Below, one piece after another: positions 18,488 to 27,881 of a DNA stretch of 64,000 bases. A model generated the notes under the pieces. It had not been told where the DNA came from. It did no database searches and worked only from the letters and a program-made list of their open reading frames with translations. Made by a program: the position numbers and the translations under genes. The stretch's first letter is position 1. Each line of letters starts with the position of its first letter. The stretch comes from Candidatus Bathyarchaeum sp. (GTDB taxonomy: Archaea; Thermoproteota; Bathyarchaeia; Bathyarchaeales; Bathyarchaeaceae): NCBI GenBank assembly GCA_026014565.1, contig JAOZIB010000043.1, positions 5,854 to 69,853 of the forward strand, in the 5' to 3' direction.

Positions 18488-19267
18488 TTAGTTAAAGAAA
18501 TCCTCAAGCTTTTTCGTTTCAGATTGCTGCAAAATGTCAGCACATACTTTTGGGTCCAAAGACTTAAACTCTAACCCAAGACCAACCAAAATAGTTTGAA
18601 CACCTCTTGCTAAGCGAGGGGCAACTAGAACTCCACGTAGTTGACGATTTGTTACAGTTTTTATGCAATCAACATACTTAGCAAGTTGCAAAGCCGCATC
18701 ACGCCCTGCAGTTCTTCGTTTAAGCTCCACCACAACCAAGTTTCCTTTGTGGTCAAGGCCGTAAACATCAACAAATCCAGGTTCAACTTTCTTTTCATAA
18801 GAAATTGGCTCAAACCCTTCTTCAAAAATGGATGGTTTAATCAGAATCGCTTTTTGCATATCGGATTCGCTGGCGTGTAATGAAAATTCGCCGTTGTCAA
18901 TAAGCTTCATTGCAGAAACAACAAAAATAACATCAAAATACACGCTAAGAGATTCCACGGGCTTGCGTCGGGTAGCTCGAATCCGTACAGTTTCGTCTTT
19001 ATTTCGGACTTGAAAGGTGCATCCTGCAGGTTGCCAGTTAACAGGAACATATCCAGTGGGGCGATGAATTAAAACAGAGCCATCTTCTTTGATTATTACC
19101 ATGCGTTCTCCGGGTTCTAGTTTTGAGCTTGCTCGTCCTTTGTAGTTCACCCAACATGTTCCTACCACGATTACTGCTTTGTGTTCTGCAACAGCACTTT
19201 TTATGAATTCTGTTGCCTGTTGTATAGTTGGGTTTTCTAAGCTAGCCACAGGGTTTCGTTTGGACAT
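18488..19267 (-). CDS. nucS: endonuclease NucS (EndoMS)
   Basis: N-terminal beta-barrel half and a C-terminal PD-(D/E)xK half (GNLVVVELKRR). C-terminal KKLEDFF is PIP-box-like. Start taken at MSKRNPVAS; the longer ORF to 19372 would overlap the divergent methyltransferase gene. Confidence 0.85.
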   Translation of the reverse strand: MSKRNPVASLENPTIQQATEFIKSAVAEHKAVIVVGTCWVNYKGRASSKLEPGERMVIIKEDGSVLIHRPTGYVPVNWQPAGCTFQVRNKDETVRIRATRRKPVESLSVYFDVIFVVSAMKLIDNGEFSLHASESDMQKAILIKPSIFEEGFEPISYEKKVEPGFVDVYGLDHKGNLVVVELKRRTAGRDAALQLAKYVDCIKTVTNRQLRGVLVAPRLARGVQTILVGLGLEFKSLDPKVCADILQQSETKKLEDFFN

Positions 19268-19321
19268 GTTCAGCGCCGACAATCTAAAGAAGAACAAAGA
19301 TAGATAAAACTTCTGAGAACT

Positions 19322-19879
19322 ATGCAAAACTGGAAACAAAAACGTAGCAACATGCAACATTATGACCTCCAAGCGGAAATCTACGATTTACAGTATATTG
19401 GGGAACAGGACAAAAAAATAGAAACAATGTTAGAAAGCATAAATTTTGGTTCAAAGGATTTGGTCTTAGATTTAGGATGTGGAACAGGTTTTTTATTTAA
19501 ACACATTGTCAAAAAATCTAAATTGATTGTGGGAGTAGATCTTTCCAAGAAAGCCTTAGTTCAGGCAAAAAAAAGAGCAGAAAACAGCTCTAACGTGGAG
19601 TTGATCTGTGCAGATGCAGATAATACACCTTTTGCTGATTACTTGTTTGACAAAGTTTTTGCTGTAACAGTTTTGCAGAACATGCCTGATGCAACAAAAA
19701 CAATTCAAGAAATGAAACGCACCGGAAAATCTGAGGCAGTGTTTGCAGTAACAGGTTTGAAAAAGAAGTTTTCAGCCGAAAGCTTTTTTGAACTATTGAA
19801 GAATGTAGAGTTAAAAGTTGTTAAGTTCAATGATGATGAGCAACTGAAGGGTTATGTTGCAGTTTGCGTCAATAGCTGA
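19322..19879 (+). CDS. class I SAM-dependent methyltransferase
   Basis: Motif I VLDLGCGTGFLF; acidic loop VGVDLS; ADADNTPF. The real start may be the ATG at 19352. Confidence 0.85.
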   Translation: MQNWKQKRSNMQHYDLQAEIYDLQYIGEQDKKIETMLESINFGSKDLVLDLGCGTGFLFKHIVKKSKLIVGVDLSKKALVQAKKRAENSSNVELICADADNTPFADYLFDKVFAVTVLQNMPDATKTIQEMKRTGKSEAVFAVTGLKKKFSAESFFELLKNVELKVVKFNDDEQLKGYVAVCVNS

Positions 19880-19925
19880 TTAAAAACTTAGGCTTTATTT
19901 GACAGATTTTGTGCATGTTCAGTAG

Positions 19926-21524
19926 ATGAAACCTATGAGCTCTGAGGCGTACCGGGAAATTATTCAGCAGTTGTTAGAACTTCCCAGTCCAACAAAGAAA
20001 GAGTTAGAAAGCCTCAAAATGAAAATTGCAAGGAAATACTGTTTAAACATAGTTCCATCTAACGCGGATATAATTCAGCACCTTAAACCTGAAGAAAACC
20101 TTAAACTAATTCCGATTTTGAGACGAAAAGTCGTTCGCAGTATCTCTGGAGTAACTGTGGTTGCGGTGATGACCAAACCGTTACCCTGTCCCCAAGAAAC
20201 TCCTTGTGCCTACTGTCCGGGGGGTCCAAATTTGGGGTCGCCACAAAGTTATACAGGTCACGAACCTGCCGCCTTAAGAGGCTCACAAAACGATTACAAT
20301 CCGTACAATCAGGTTAGAAACCGCATTGAACAACTTGAAAACATAGGACACAAGGTTGACAAAGTTGAACTAATTATAATGGGGGGCACATTTCCGAGCA
20401 CACCTGAAGAGTACCAAGAAGATTTTGTTAAACAGTGCATAGACGCAATTACCAAAAACAAATCCAGCTCCTTGGATGAAGCAAAAAAGTTTGCAGAAAC
20501 AAGCAAGGTTCGTAACGTTGGAATAACAGTAGAAACCCGACCCGACTGGGCAAAACAAGAACAAGTCAACCAAATGTTAAAGATGGGGGTAACCCGTGTG
20601 GAAATGGGGGTTCAAAACATCTATGACGACATCTACGAGAAAGTTAACCGGGGACACCAAATAAAAGATGTAATCCAAGCCACCCAAATCATGAAAGATT
20701 CAGGATTAAAACTGGTTTATCATCTTATGCCTGGGTTGCCGGGCTCAAGTTTTGAGCGTGACCTTGAAGGATTCAAACAAGTTTTTGTTAACCCGAATTT
20801 TAAGCCCGACATGATAAAGTTGTATCCGTGCTTGGTTGTGGAAGGAACCAAAGTTTACGACTGGTGGAAAAAAGGAGACTACAAACCTTACACCACAGAA
20901 CAAGCCGCAGAGTTAATTGCTGAAGTGAAAAAGTTTGTTCCTCCTTGGGTTCGGATAATGCGAGTTCAACGGGATATACCTGCAAGGTTGATCGAAGCAG
21001 GAGTAAAACTGAGTAATCTAAGGCAGATAGCCGCAGAAAAACTTGAAGAACAAGGGGGAAGATGCCAATGTATCCGTTGTAGGGAAGTTGGTCACCGCTG
21101 GTTAAAGGATAAAGTGAAACCGGACCCAAACAATATTAAAATTCAGACCATAAAAGAGACAGCTTCAGGAGGAACTGAACTGTTTATTTCTGCTGAAGAC
21201 CCCGTCAACGACGTTTTGTTGGGGTATGTTCGGTTGCGGATTCCTTCTGAGAAGGCGTTTCGTCCAGAAATTGCTGCTCAAAACGCTGCTTTGGTTCGGG
21301 AGCTTAGAGTTTATGGTCCCTTGGTTCCAGTTGGTAAACATTTTGTGGGAGCATGGCAGCACAAGGGATATGGTAACATACTGCTTTCTGAGGCAGAAAG
21401 GGCAGCAGTTGAGGATTTTGACCGAAGAAAGGTTGTTGTGATTAGCGCCCTTGGAACAAAACCGTATTACAAGCAGTTGGGTTATGGTTATGATGGCCCA
21501 TATGTTTCTAAGCGGGTTAACTGA
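19926..21524 (+). CDS. elp3: Elp3-type radical SAM / GNAT tRNA-modification enzyme
   Basis: Radical SAM Cys cluster (CPQETPCAYCPGG), an Elp3 TIM-barrel region and a C-terminal GNAT motif QHKGYGNILL. Confidence 0.9.
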   Translation: MKPMSSEAYREIIQQLLELPSPTKKELESLKMKIARKYCLNIVPSNADIIQHLKPEENLKLIPILRRKVVRSISGVTVVAVMTKPLPCPQETPCAYCPGGPNLGSPQSYTGHEPAALRGSQNDYNPYNQVRNRIEQLENIGHKVDKVELIIMGGTFPSTPEEYQEDFVKQCIDAITKNKSSSLDEAKKFAETSKVRNVGITVETRPDWAKQEQVNQMLKMGVTRVEMGVQNIYDDIYEKVNRGHQIKDVIQATQIMKDSGLKLVYHLMPGLPGSSFERDLEGFKQVFVNPNFKPDMIKLYPCLVVEGTKVYDWWKKGDYKPYTTEQAAELIAEVKKFVPPWVRIMRVQRDIPARLIEAGVKLSNLRQIAAEKLEEQGGRCQCIRCREVGHRWLKDKVKPDPNNIKIQTIKETASGGTELFISAEDPVNDVLLGYVRLRIPSEKAFRPEIAAQNAALVRELRVYGPLVPVGKHFVGAWQHKGYGNILLSEAERAAVEDFDRRKVVVISALGTKPYYKQLGYGYDGPYVSKRVN

Positions 21525-21604
21525 ATCTTTTAATAAACGGGTTTGCAATGGAAAGATGTTTTCAGCACCTTAGTTGAGAGCATAAGAAACGGGAGAAATC
21601 TGGC

Positions 21605-22936
21605 TTGAGTGAGGAATTTACAGGTTACAGGGGACAGACTTTAGAACAGTTAAAGAAAATAGGCGCCGAAATTGGTGATGTCATCCGCGTAACCAAAGGG
21701 GACGAGAACTGGGAAGGGATCTTGATTCCCCACTCAGAAATTGGCGACGAGTTTCACGTTGTAATCAAGATGAAAAGCGGCTACAACGTTGGAGTTCACA
21801 TTGACTCTTCAGCGAAACTAGAAAAAATAGGTGAAGGCGCCAAACCCACATTTACTCCGCCCCCTCTTCCTGAACAAAATAGCAAACTCCCTCGAATAGC
21901 AATAGTAAGCACAGGAGGAACAATCGCTAGCCGAGTAGACTACAGAACAGGAGGAGTAAGAGCTGCAATGTCTGCAAGCGAACTGTACAGTGTTGTTCCA
22001 GAACTTTCTGAACTTGCAGTTATAGAAACAGAAATATTGTACAGCATTTTCAGCGAAAACATAACTTCTGAGCACTGGATTGGAACCGCAAAAGCAGTAG
22101 CCAAACACATCAAAAACGGAGTAGACGGCGTAGTCGTTGCCCACGGAACCGACACACTAGGATACAGCGCAGCTGCACTAAGCTTTGCACTACAAGATTT
22201 ACCAGTTCCTGTAATTATGGTTGCTTCCCAAAGGTCTGCAGACCGTCCAAGCTCTGATGCAGCGACTAACTTGATTGGAGCAGTTAAAGCAGCAGTTTCT
22301 GCACCCTTTGCAGAAGTTGTTATCGCCATGCATGAAACAGTTTCTGATACTTCAATTGTTTTTCATCGGGGAACCAAAGCAAGAAAATGCCACACCAGCC
22401 GCAGAGACACTTTCAAGTCAGTAAATGCTCTGCCCATTGCACGATTGGTTGATGGCAAATTGGATATATTAACTAAAAATTACAGGAAACGGGATGTTTC
22501 ACGGAAACTAAAACTAGACACCAATTTTGACGACAAGGTTGCTTTAGTTAAAGCGTATCCTGATGTGAATCCAGAAATTATTGACTGGTACGTCAATAAG
22601 GGATACCGTGGAATCATTTTAGAAGGAACAGGATTAGGTCATGTTGGAGATTACCTGTTTTCTGCCATCAAAAACGCTGTAGAAAAGGACGTAGTGGTTT
22701 GCATGACGTCCCAGTGTTTGTGGGGTAGATTGAACATGAACGTTTACGACCAAGGTCGGGACCTTCTGGCGTTGGGCGTTGTTTCTATGGATGACATATT
22801 ACCTGAAACAGCTTATGTGAAGCTTCGGTGGGTTTTGGGTCAAACAAAAGACACAGAAGAAGCAAAGAAGCTTCTCAAAATAAACTATTCCTACGAGTAC
22901 TCATCCAGAATACTTTACGACGAGGCAAAAATCTAA
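21605..22936 (+). CDS. gatD: Glu-tRNA(Gln) amidotransferase subunit D
   Basis: Asparaginase-type motifs IVSTGGTIAS and HGTDTL. TTG start. Followed immediately by gatE. Confidence 0.9.
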   Translation: MSEEFTGYRGQTLEQLKKIGAEIGDVIRVTKGDENWEGILIPHSEIGDEFHVVIKMKSGYNVGVHIDSSAKLEKIGEGAKPTFTPPPLPEQNSKLPRIAIVSTGGTIASRVDYRTGGVRAAMSASELYSVVPELSELAVIETEILYSIFSENITSEHWIGTAKAVAKHIKNGVDGVVVAHGTDTLGYSAAALSFALQDLPVPVIMVASQRSADRPSSDAATNLIGAVKAAVSAPFAEVVIAMHETVSDTSIVFHRGTKARKCHTSRRDTFKSVNALPIARLVDGKLDILTKNYRKRDVSRKLKLDTNFDDKVALVKAYPDVNPEIIDWYVNKGYRGIILEGTGLGHVGDYLFSAIKNAVEKDVVVCMTSQCLWGRLNMNVYDQGRDLLALGVVSMDDILPETAYVKLRWVLGQTKDTEEAKKLLKINYSYEYSSRILYDEAKI

Positions 22937-22950
22937 AGGAGAAAACACTG

Positions 22951-24843
22951 ATGGGCAACAAATATTCTAAAATTGGGTTTAAATCGGGACTTGAAATTCA
23001 TCAGCAACTGAACAGTAAAGAGAAGCTGTTCTGTTCTTGTGAACCAGAACTTTTCAAAGAAGACCCACAGTACACGTTTTTGCGAAAGTTGCGCCCTGCC
23101 CAGAGCGAGTTAGGCAAGGTTGATGACGCGGCTTTGTTTGAGTTCCAAAAAGAAAAACAGATACTATACGAAGCAAACAACGACACTGCATGCCTCGTAG
23201 AAATGGATGAAGAACCCCCTCACGACCTGAACAGTGAAGCTGTTGAAATTACTTTATTGACTTCCCTTATGATGAACATGAAGCCCGTGGATGAGGTTCA
23301 TGTTATGCGTAAAATGGTTATTGACGGCTCAAACACCACGGGTTTTCAGCGAACCTGCGTTGTTGCATTGAATGGTGCAATTGATGTTAAAGGAAAAAAT
23401 GTAGAAATTTCCCAAGTAAGCCTAGAAGAAGATGCTGCCCGAAAAATGGGAACCGAAGGTCAACTGATTCGTTACCGTATTGACCGCCTAGGAATTCCCT
23501 TAATTGAAATTACTACTGCACCGGTGCTTTACACGCCCCAAGAAGCTCAAGATGCCGCCGCAACCATCGGAAGAATACTTCGGGCAACCCGCAGAGTAAA
23601 ACGAGGCTTAGGAACAATCCGCCAAGACGTGAATGTTTCCATACGAGATGGTGCACTGATTGAGATTAAGGGCGTTCAGGAGCTTGATTTGGTTTCTCAG
23701 GTAATCGAAAATGAGGTTCAACGCCAATTAAGCTTGTTAGAGCTGAAAGATGAACTGAAAAACAGGGGAGTAACTGAATCAGATCTTACAGAGGATTTTG
23801 TTGACGTCACCAATGTATTCAAGAACACAAAATCCAAGGTTTTAGCAAAGGCAATTAAACAGAAAAATCCTGTTTTAGCAGTAAAATTACCATGTTTTGA
23901 TGGACTCTTAAAAAAAGAACTAGCATCAGGAATGCGCCTAGGTTCTGAATTAGCAGGCATGGCAAGGTTTTGGGGAAAAGTAGGCGGCATTTTTCACACA
24001 GATGAAATGCCAGCATATGGGGTTACCCAAGAAGAAATGGATGAGCTTGCAAAGATTCTAAAAAGACAGCCCCAAGATGCTCTAGTGTTTGTTGCTGATA
24101 CAAAACAAAACGCAACTGATGCCTTAAAAGCAGTTGTTGAACGGGCAAAAGTAGCCTTAAAATGCGTTCCTGAAGAAACCCGTGCAGCAAATCCTGATGG
24201 CACAACAAAGTATATGCGTCCACGACCGGGAGCAGCTCGTATGTATCCAGAAACTGATGTCCCGCCAATTCAGTTAACTGAAGATTATCTGGATGAGTTG
24301 AAGTCTCGTCTTCCGGAGTTGCCTGAACAATTAATGAAACGGTTGATGAAAGATTATGACATTAATCAAAAGCTGGTTAAACAGTTGCTAGATTCTGAGT
24401 ATCTGGAACTGTTTGAGTGTCTGGCATCCCAAACAAAAGTTTCTTCGACTGTGATTGCTGTTGCTTTGACCGAGACCATGAAGGCACTTAAACGGGATGG
24501 AGTGACGGTTGAATCTGTTACTGATGAACAGTTTAAACAATTGTGCAATTCAATCGACACAGGCAAAACCGCAAAAGAAAGCATCCCCGAAGTTTTGACA
24601 TGGCTTGCAAAAAATGAAGGCTCCACGGTGCAAGAGGCTCTGGATAGTTTGGGCCTTTCGATGATGTCTCACAAAGAACTGGTTGCGTTGGTGGATGAGG
24701 TCTTGGAACAAAATTCAGAATTTATCGAGCATCGAGGAAAAGGCGCTTTTGGTGCAGTAATGGGAATTATCATGAAAAAGGCTCGAGGCCGCGTTAAACC
24801 AAAGGACGTTAATGAGATACTAAAGGATAAACTCGTTAACTAA
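22951..24843 (+). CDS. gatE: Glu-tRNA(Gln) amidotransferase subunit E
   Basis: GLEIHQQL N-terminal motif and a GatB/E-type core. Start at MGNKYSKIGF with GGAG upstream; the ORF-track extension to 22828 overlaps gatD. Confidence 0.9.
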   Translation: MGNKYSKIGFKSGLEIHQQLNSKEKLFCSCEPELFKEDPQYTFLRKLRPAQSELGKVDDAALFEFQKEKQILYEANNDTACLVEMDEEPPHDLNSEAVEITLLTSLMMNMKPVDEVHVMRKMVIDGSNTTGFQRTCVVALNGAIDVKGKNVEISQVSLEEDAARKMGTEGQLIRYRIDRLGIPLIEITTAPVLYTPQEAQDAAATIGRILRATRRVKRGLGTIRQDVNVSIRDGALIEIKGVQELDLVSQVIENEVQRQLSLLELKDELKNRGVTESDLTEDFVDVTNVFKNTKSKVLAKAIKQKNPVLAVKLPCFDGLLKKELASGMRLGSELAGMARFWGKVGGIFHTDEMPAYGVTQEEMDELAKILKRQPQDALVFVADTKQNATDALKAVVERAKVALKCVPEETRAANPDGTTKYMRPRPGAARMYPETDVPPIQLTEDYLDELKSRLPELPEQLMKRLMKDYDINQKLVKQLLDSEYLELFECLASQTKVSSTVIAVALTETMKALKRDGVTVESVTDEQFKQLCNSIDTGKTAKESIPEVLTWLAKNEGSTVQEALDSLGLSMMSHKELVALVDEVLEQNSEFIEHRGKGAFGAVMGIIMKKARGRVKPKDVNEILKDKLVN

Positions 24844-24908
24844 GTTTGTTTTTCGCGGTGTGGAAACCTTATCTGTTCATTAAATAAAATACATTCGAGG
24901 AGCAGGTA

Positions 24909-25838
24909 TTGGCTGATGCCCTGATTGGCACTGCGGTTCCCATTTTGTTGTTGATGGGAATTGGGTTTTTGTCCAGAAAATTTGATTTACTAAAATCGGG
25001 GGACGAACGGGTACTCAGCTCGTATGTTTACTATTTTGCGTTGCCTGCCCGATTTATTGTCGACATGGCACAAACAACCTTTGTTACAGAAACACTAGTT
25101 TTCATCTTTGCGGGGATTATTCCCATTTTTTTGGTCGTAGCAATTTTTAGTTTACTTTATGTGACAGTTAGGTTTTCAAGAAACACGTTTTATCTTCTCA
25201 CATTAAGCACAATTTTCGGAAACACAGCATTTTTTGGGATTCCTTTTGTTACTTTTGCGTTTCCGTCAACCCAAACTGAACAAACTGCTACCCTCTCAGC
25301 TGCAACAATTGGAATTGCAGCCATTGCGGTGTCTGTTGCATTGTTGGAGTTTTATCGTCTGGAAAAAATTTCAAAAATACAGGGTTTAAAGTATGTTGGT
25401 AGCCGGTTACTGAAAAATCCGTTGATAGTTTCAATTTTTGTTGGCATCATAATTTCTTTAGTTGGAATAGAGATTCCCTTACCTCTGGCTACGGTTTTAG
25501 ATATGATAGGAGGCACCACCTCTGCAGTTGCAATTTTTATGTTGGGGGCGTTTTTGTATGGAAAAAAATACACCAATCTAAAAGTTGGATTTGGATTGAG
25601 CCTTTTGCGGATAATTTTGTTGCCGTTGATTGCTTTGGCTACTTTGATGCTGTTTGAGTTGCCCATAATGGAAGAATCAGTAATTGTGCTAATGCACGCT
25701 ATGCCCGTTGCGGTCGCATTATCTGTTTTGAGTGAGCGTTACAATTTCCATCGAGAAACAATTGCTTCCCTGACATTGGTTTCCTCTGTGGGGGCAATCG
25801 TTTATCTTAACCTTTGGTTAGCCCTGCTAGGTGTTTAA
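24909..25838 (+). CDS. AEC (auxin efflux carrier) family membrane transporter
   Basis: 309 aa, about 10 TM helices arranged 5+5. TTG start. Confidence 0.75.
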   Translation: MADALIGTAVPILLLMGIGFLSRKFDLLKSGDERVLSSYVYYFALPARFIVDMAQTTFVTETLVFIFAGIIPIFLVVAIFSLLYVTVRFSRNTFYLLTLSTIFGNTAFFGIPFVTFAFPSTQTEQTATLSAATIGIAAIAVSVALLEFYRLEKISKIQGLKYVGSRLLKNPLIVSIFVGIIISLVGIEIPLPLATVLDMIGGTTSAVAIFMLGAFLYGKKYTNLKVGFGLSLLRIILLPLIALATLMLFELPIMEESVIVLMHAMPVAVALSVLSERYNFHRETIASLTLVSSVGAIVYLNLWLALLGV

Positions 25839-26069
25839 GTCAAAAAGGCAAGAAAGGATTGCGCAAAAACATTTTTGAGGTTTATTGCTCGTGTGAAACT
25901 TGCAGATTAGTTGTGTGTAGCGCAGAAAAAATCAGAAAATAATCTGTTTTTCAACATTCTACTACTATTAGACCAGTAATATGCCACACTAAAGTGTAAA
26001 TTACTAACTTTGCTATAGAGAAACTAAAAGATTGATAAACTCATGTGTATTTTTAGTTTATAGGTTGCT

Positions 26070-26561
26070 GTGATTATGGGAAGAATTCGTGTGAGGGTTA
26101 AGGCTTCTTTTGGGGAAGTTGTTATTGAAGATGAAACCGCTGAAGAGATTTTAAACACTTTGAAAACTTTGCCGCCACAGTTTGTGAATGAAGTAAGCAG
26201 TCTGATTTCGTCTAATTTGACGCCCTCATTGCAGTCTCATCTTGATGGAGTTATCGAAGTTACAACTGAAGGACCTATAATAACAACTCGAGTAAAACTC
26301 ACTCATTATGAAGCAATTGGTCTTGTTTTGTTTGCTTCAAAAAACAACACCAGCACTGCCAGTCAAATCAAAGAGTTACTGGCGTTAAGCGGAATAAAAT
26401 CCATGGTTCCAGCCCGCCTGAATGAAATGACTAAACGTGGATTTACTTTTAAGCCTGACCCGATACAGCCAGACTACAAGTTAACCACAAAAGGGGAACG
26501 CTGGATAAAAGAAACCATCTTGCCAAAAATTAAAAACAAAATGCAAAAACAACAAAGCTAA
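26070..26561 (+). CDS. hypothetical protein with C-terminal wHTH-like region
   Basis: 163-aa ORF. SQIKELLALSGIKSMVPARLNEMTKRGF resembles a winged-helix. Overlaps the endA stop by 4 nt (convergent). Confidence 0.5.
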   Translation: MIMGRIRVRVKASFGEVVIEDETAEEILNTLKTLPPQFVNEVSSLISSNLTPSLQSHLDGVIEVTTEGPIITTRVKLTHYEAIGLVLFASKNNTSTASQIKELLALSGIKSMVPARLNEMTKRGFTFKPDPIQPDYKLTTKGERWIKETILPKIKNKMQKQQS

Positions 26562-27118
26562 GCTTTGAACCACTTGAAAATAAGGTACCTGACCGAATCA
26601 GCGTCTAGATCAGGTATTGCTACAATGAATCGTTTTCTTACAGTTGTTGCAAGGCGCCCAGCTTTCACTACATCAGTTGCAGTTATTTCCTCACTGGCTT
26701 TTTTTACAGTAATCATGTAAGGTGCATGGTCTATTCCGGGACCATGCTGATAAACTGCAAAATCACAACCAAACTTCATTCCGGGAGTAACAATTAGTTT
26801 TTGACCCCGCAAATCACGGTAGACCGCATATTTTGCCTCAAAGTTCTCATACAGTTTCCGGGCTTTTTTTCGAAGCTTAGAAAAACTCACGGATGCTTTT
26901 TCTGGTCCGCCATGAATAACACTGATTTTTTTTGTTTCCAGAAGGTAAACCCCTTCCATGAGGTCAAGAATCAATGGAACATCAAATTCAGGAATTTTGG
27001 GCTTAGCAATACCCACAGGCTTGCCGTAGTAACCCATTTTGTAAAGATTGGAACCTTCTTCTGGATTCCAGACTATCAAAAAATTGTCCAGAAGCTCAGT
27101 TTCAATCTTTTCTGGCAT
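26558..27118 (-). CDS. endA: tRNA-splicing endonuclease
   Basis: 186 aa. C-terminal catalytic region CDFAVYQHGPGIDHAPYMITV, typical of archaeal EndA. Confidence 0.85.
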   Translation of the reverse strand: MPEKIETELLDNFLIVWNPEEGSNLYKMGYYGKPVGIAKPKIPEFDVPLILDLMEGVYLLETKKISVIHGGPEKASVSFSKLRKKARKLYENFEAKYAVYRDLRGQKLIVTPGMKFGCDFAVYQHGPGIDHAPYMITVKKASEEITATDVVKAGRLATTVRKRFIVAIPDLDADSVRYLIFKWFKA

Positions 27119-27132
27119 ACAAACGTCACACT

Positions 27133-27807
27133 TTAAACCGTGAGAGCCAGTATGCTTGCAGCATCAGACGCCGCCTTGGCTTTATCTGCAGCTTCCTCTA
27201 GATGCTGAACCACAGTCCACAACAACAGCATCAACGGAAAATCCATTTTACTATCAATCAAAGTAATCTCCAACTGACGATAAAGATCATCAACAACACG
27301 TTCTGCGGCATCAACTTCACGGGCTTTTTCCATAGCTTTGTTGGTGCCATAATTGAGGGTCATTGCGGTTTCTCGCAGTTTAAAGATGGTATCAAACACC
27401 GCATCAGAAAGTTTTGCGAGGTCTTCTTTAATTTGGTTGGGAACTTTCCAGCCTTTTTCCATAATTTGAAGCAAACGAAAAGCGATGCCTTCACAATAAT
27501 CGGCAATGTCGCCCGAAAGGTTAGTGAAACGCAAAAAGTCTTCACGACTCATCAGGATGGCGCCAATTTCTGCAAGTTCTCGGGAAACATTGCGTTGTGC
27601 AATATCAACATTGTTTTGGCGAGTTTTTATGTCTTCATACAATTTTTTTACTGAGTCTTTGTCGCCTTCTACAAAAGATGACACTAGCTGAGAAATTTTG
27701 CGAGAAACGTCAATTACTTCTCGAAGATGGTCTCGAGAAACGTCAAGTGCCTTCCGCTTTACCCGTTCTTCTGTCTCTACAGGAAATACCATACCGTCGC
27801 ACCACAA
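27133..27807 (-). CDS. DUF47 / PhoU-like phosphate-transport-regulator family protein
   Basis: All-helical, ~220 aa, with the two-repeat pattern of the DUF47 family. Confidence 0.75.
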   Translation of the reverse strand: MWCDGMVFPVETEERVKRKALDVSRDHLREVIDVSRKISQLVSSFVEGDKDSVKKLYEDIKTRQNNVDIAQRNVSRELAEIGAILMSREDFLRFTNLSGDIADYCEGIAFRLLQIMEKGWKVPNQIKEDLAKLSDAVFDTIFKLRETAMTLNYGTNKAMEKAREVDAAERVVDDLYRQLEITLIDSKMDFPLMLLLWTVVQHLEEAADKAKAASDAASILALTV

Positions 27808-27881
27808 CTATTTTGCTATAAACAATCTAAGTACCAGAGAGTCTCTTAAAAACACTTAGCTTTTCAGTTCTAGAACATTTT

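Noticed and set aside
18970-18984. GGGTAGCTCGAATCC, resembling a tRNA T-arm.
   Set aside because: It lies inside the nucS coding sequence, and no acceptor, D or anticodon arms can be built around it.
19268-19372. 35-aa N-terminal extension of the nucS ORF.
   Set aside because: It is hydrophobic and unlike NucS, and would overlap the divergent methyltransferase start. MSKRNPVAS gives the expected ~259-aa protein.
22828-22950. N-terminal extension of the gatE ORF, overlapping the end of gatD.
   Set aside because: The extension (MGFGSNKRHRRSKEASQNK...) is unlike GatE. The canonical N-terminus MGNKYSKIGFKSGLEIHQQL starts at 22951 with a GGAG upstream.
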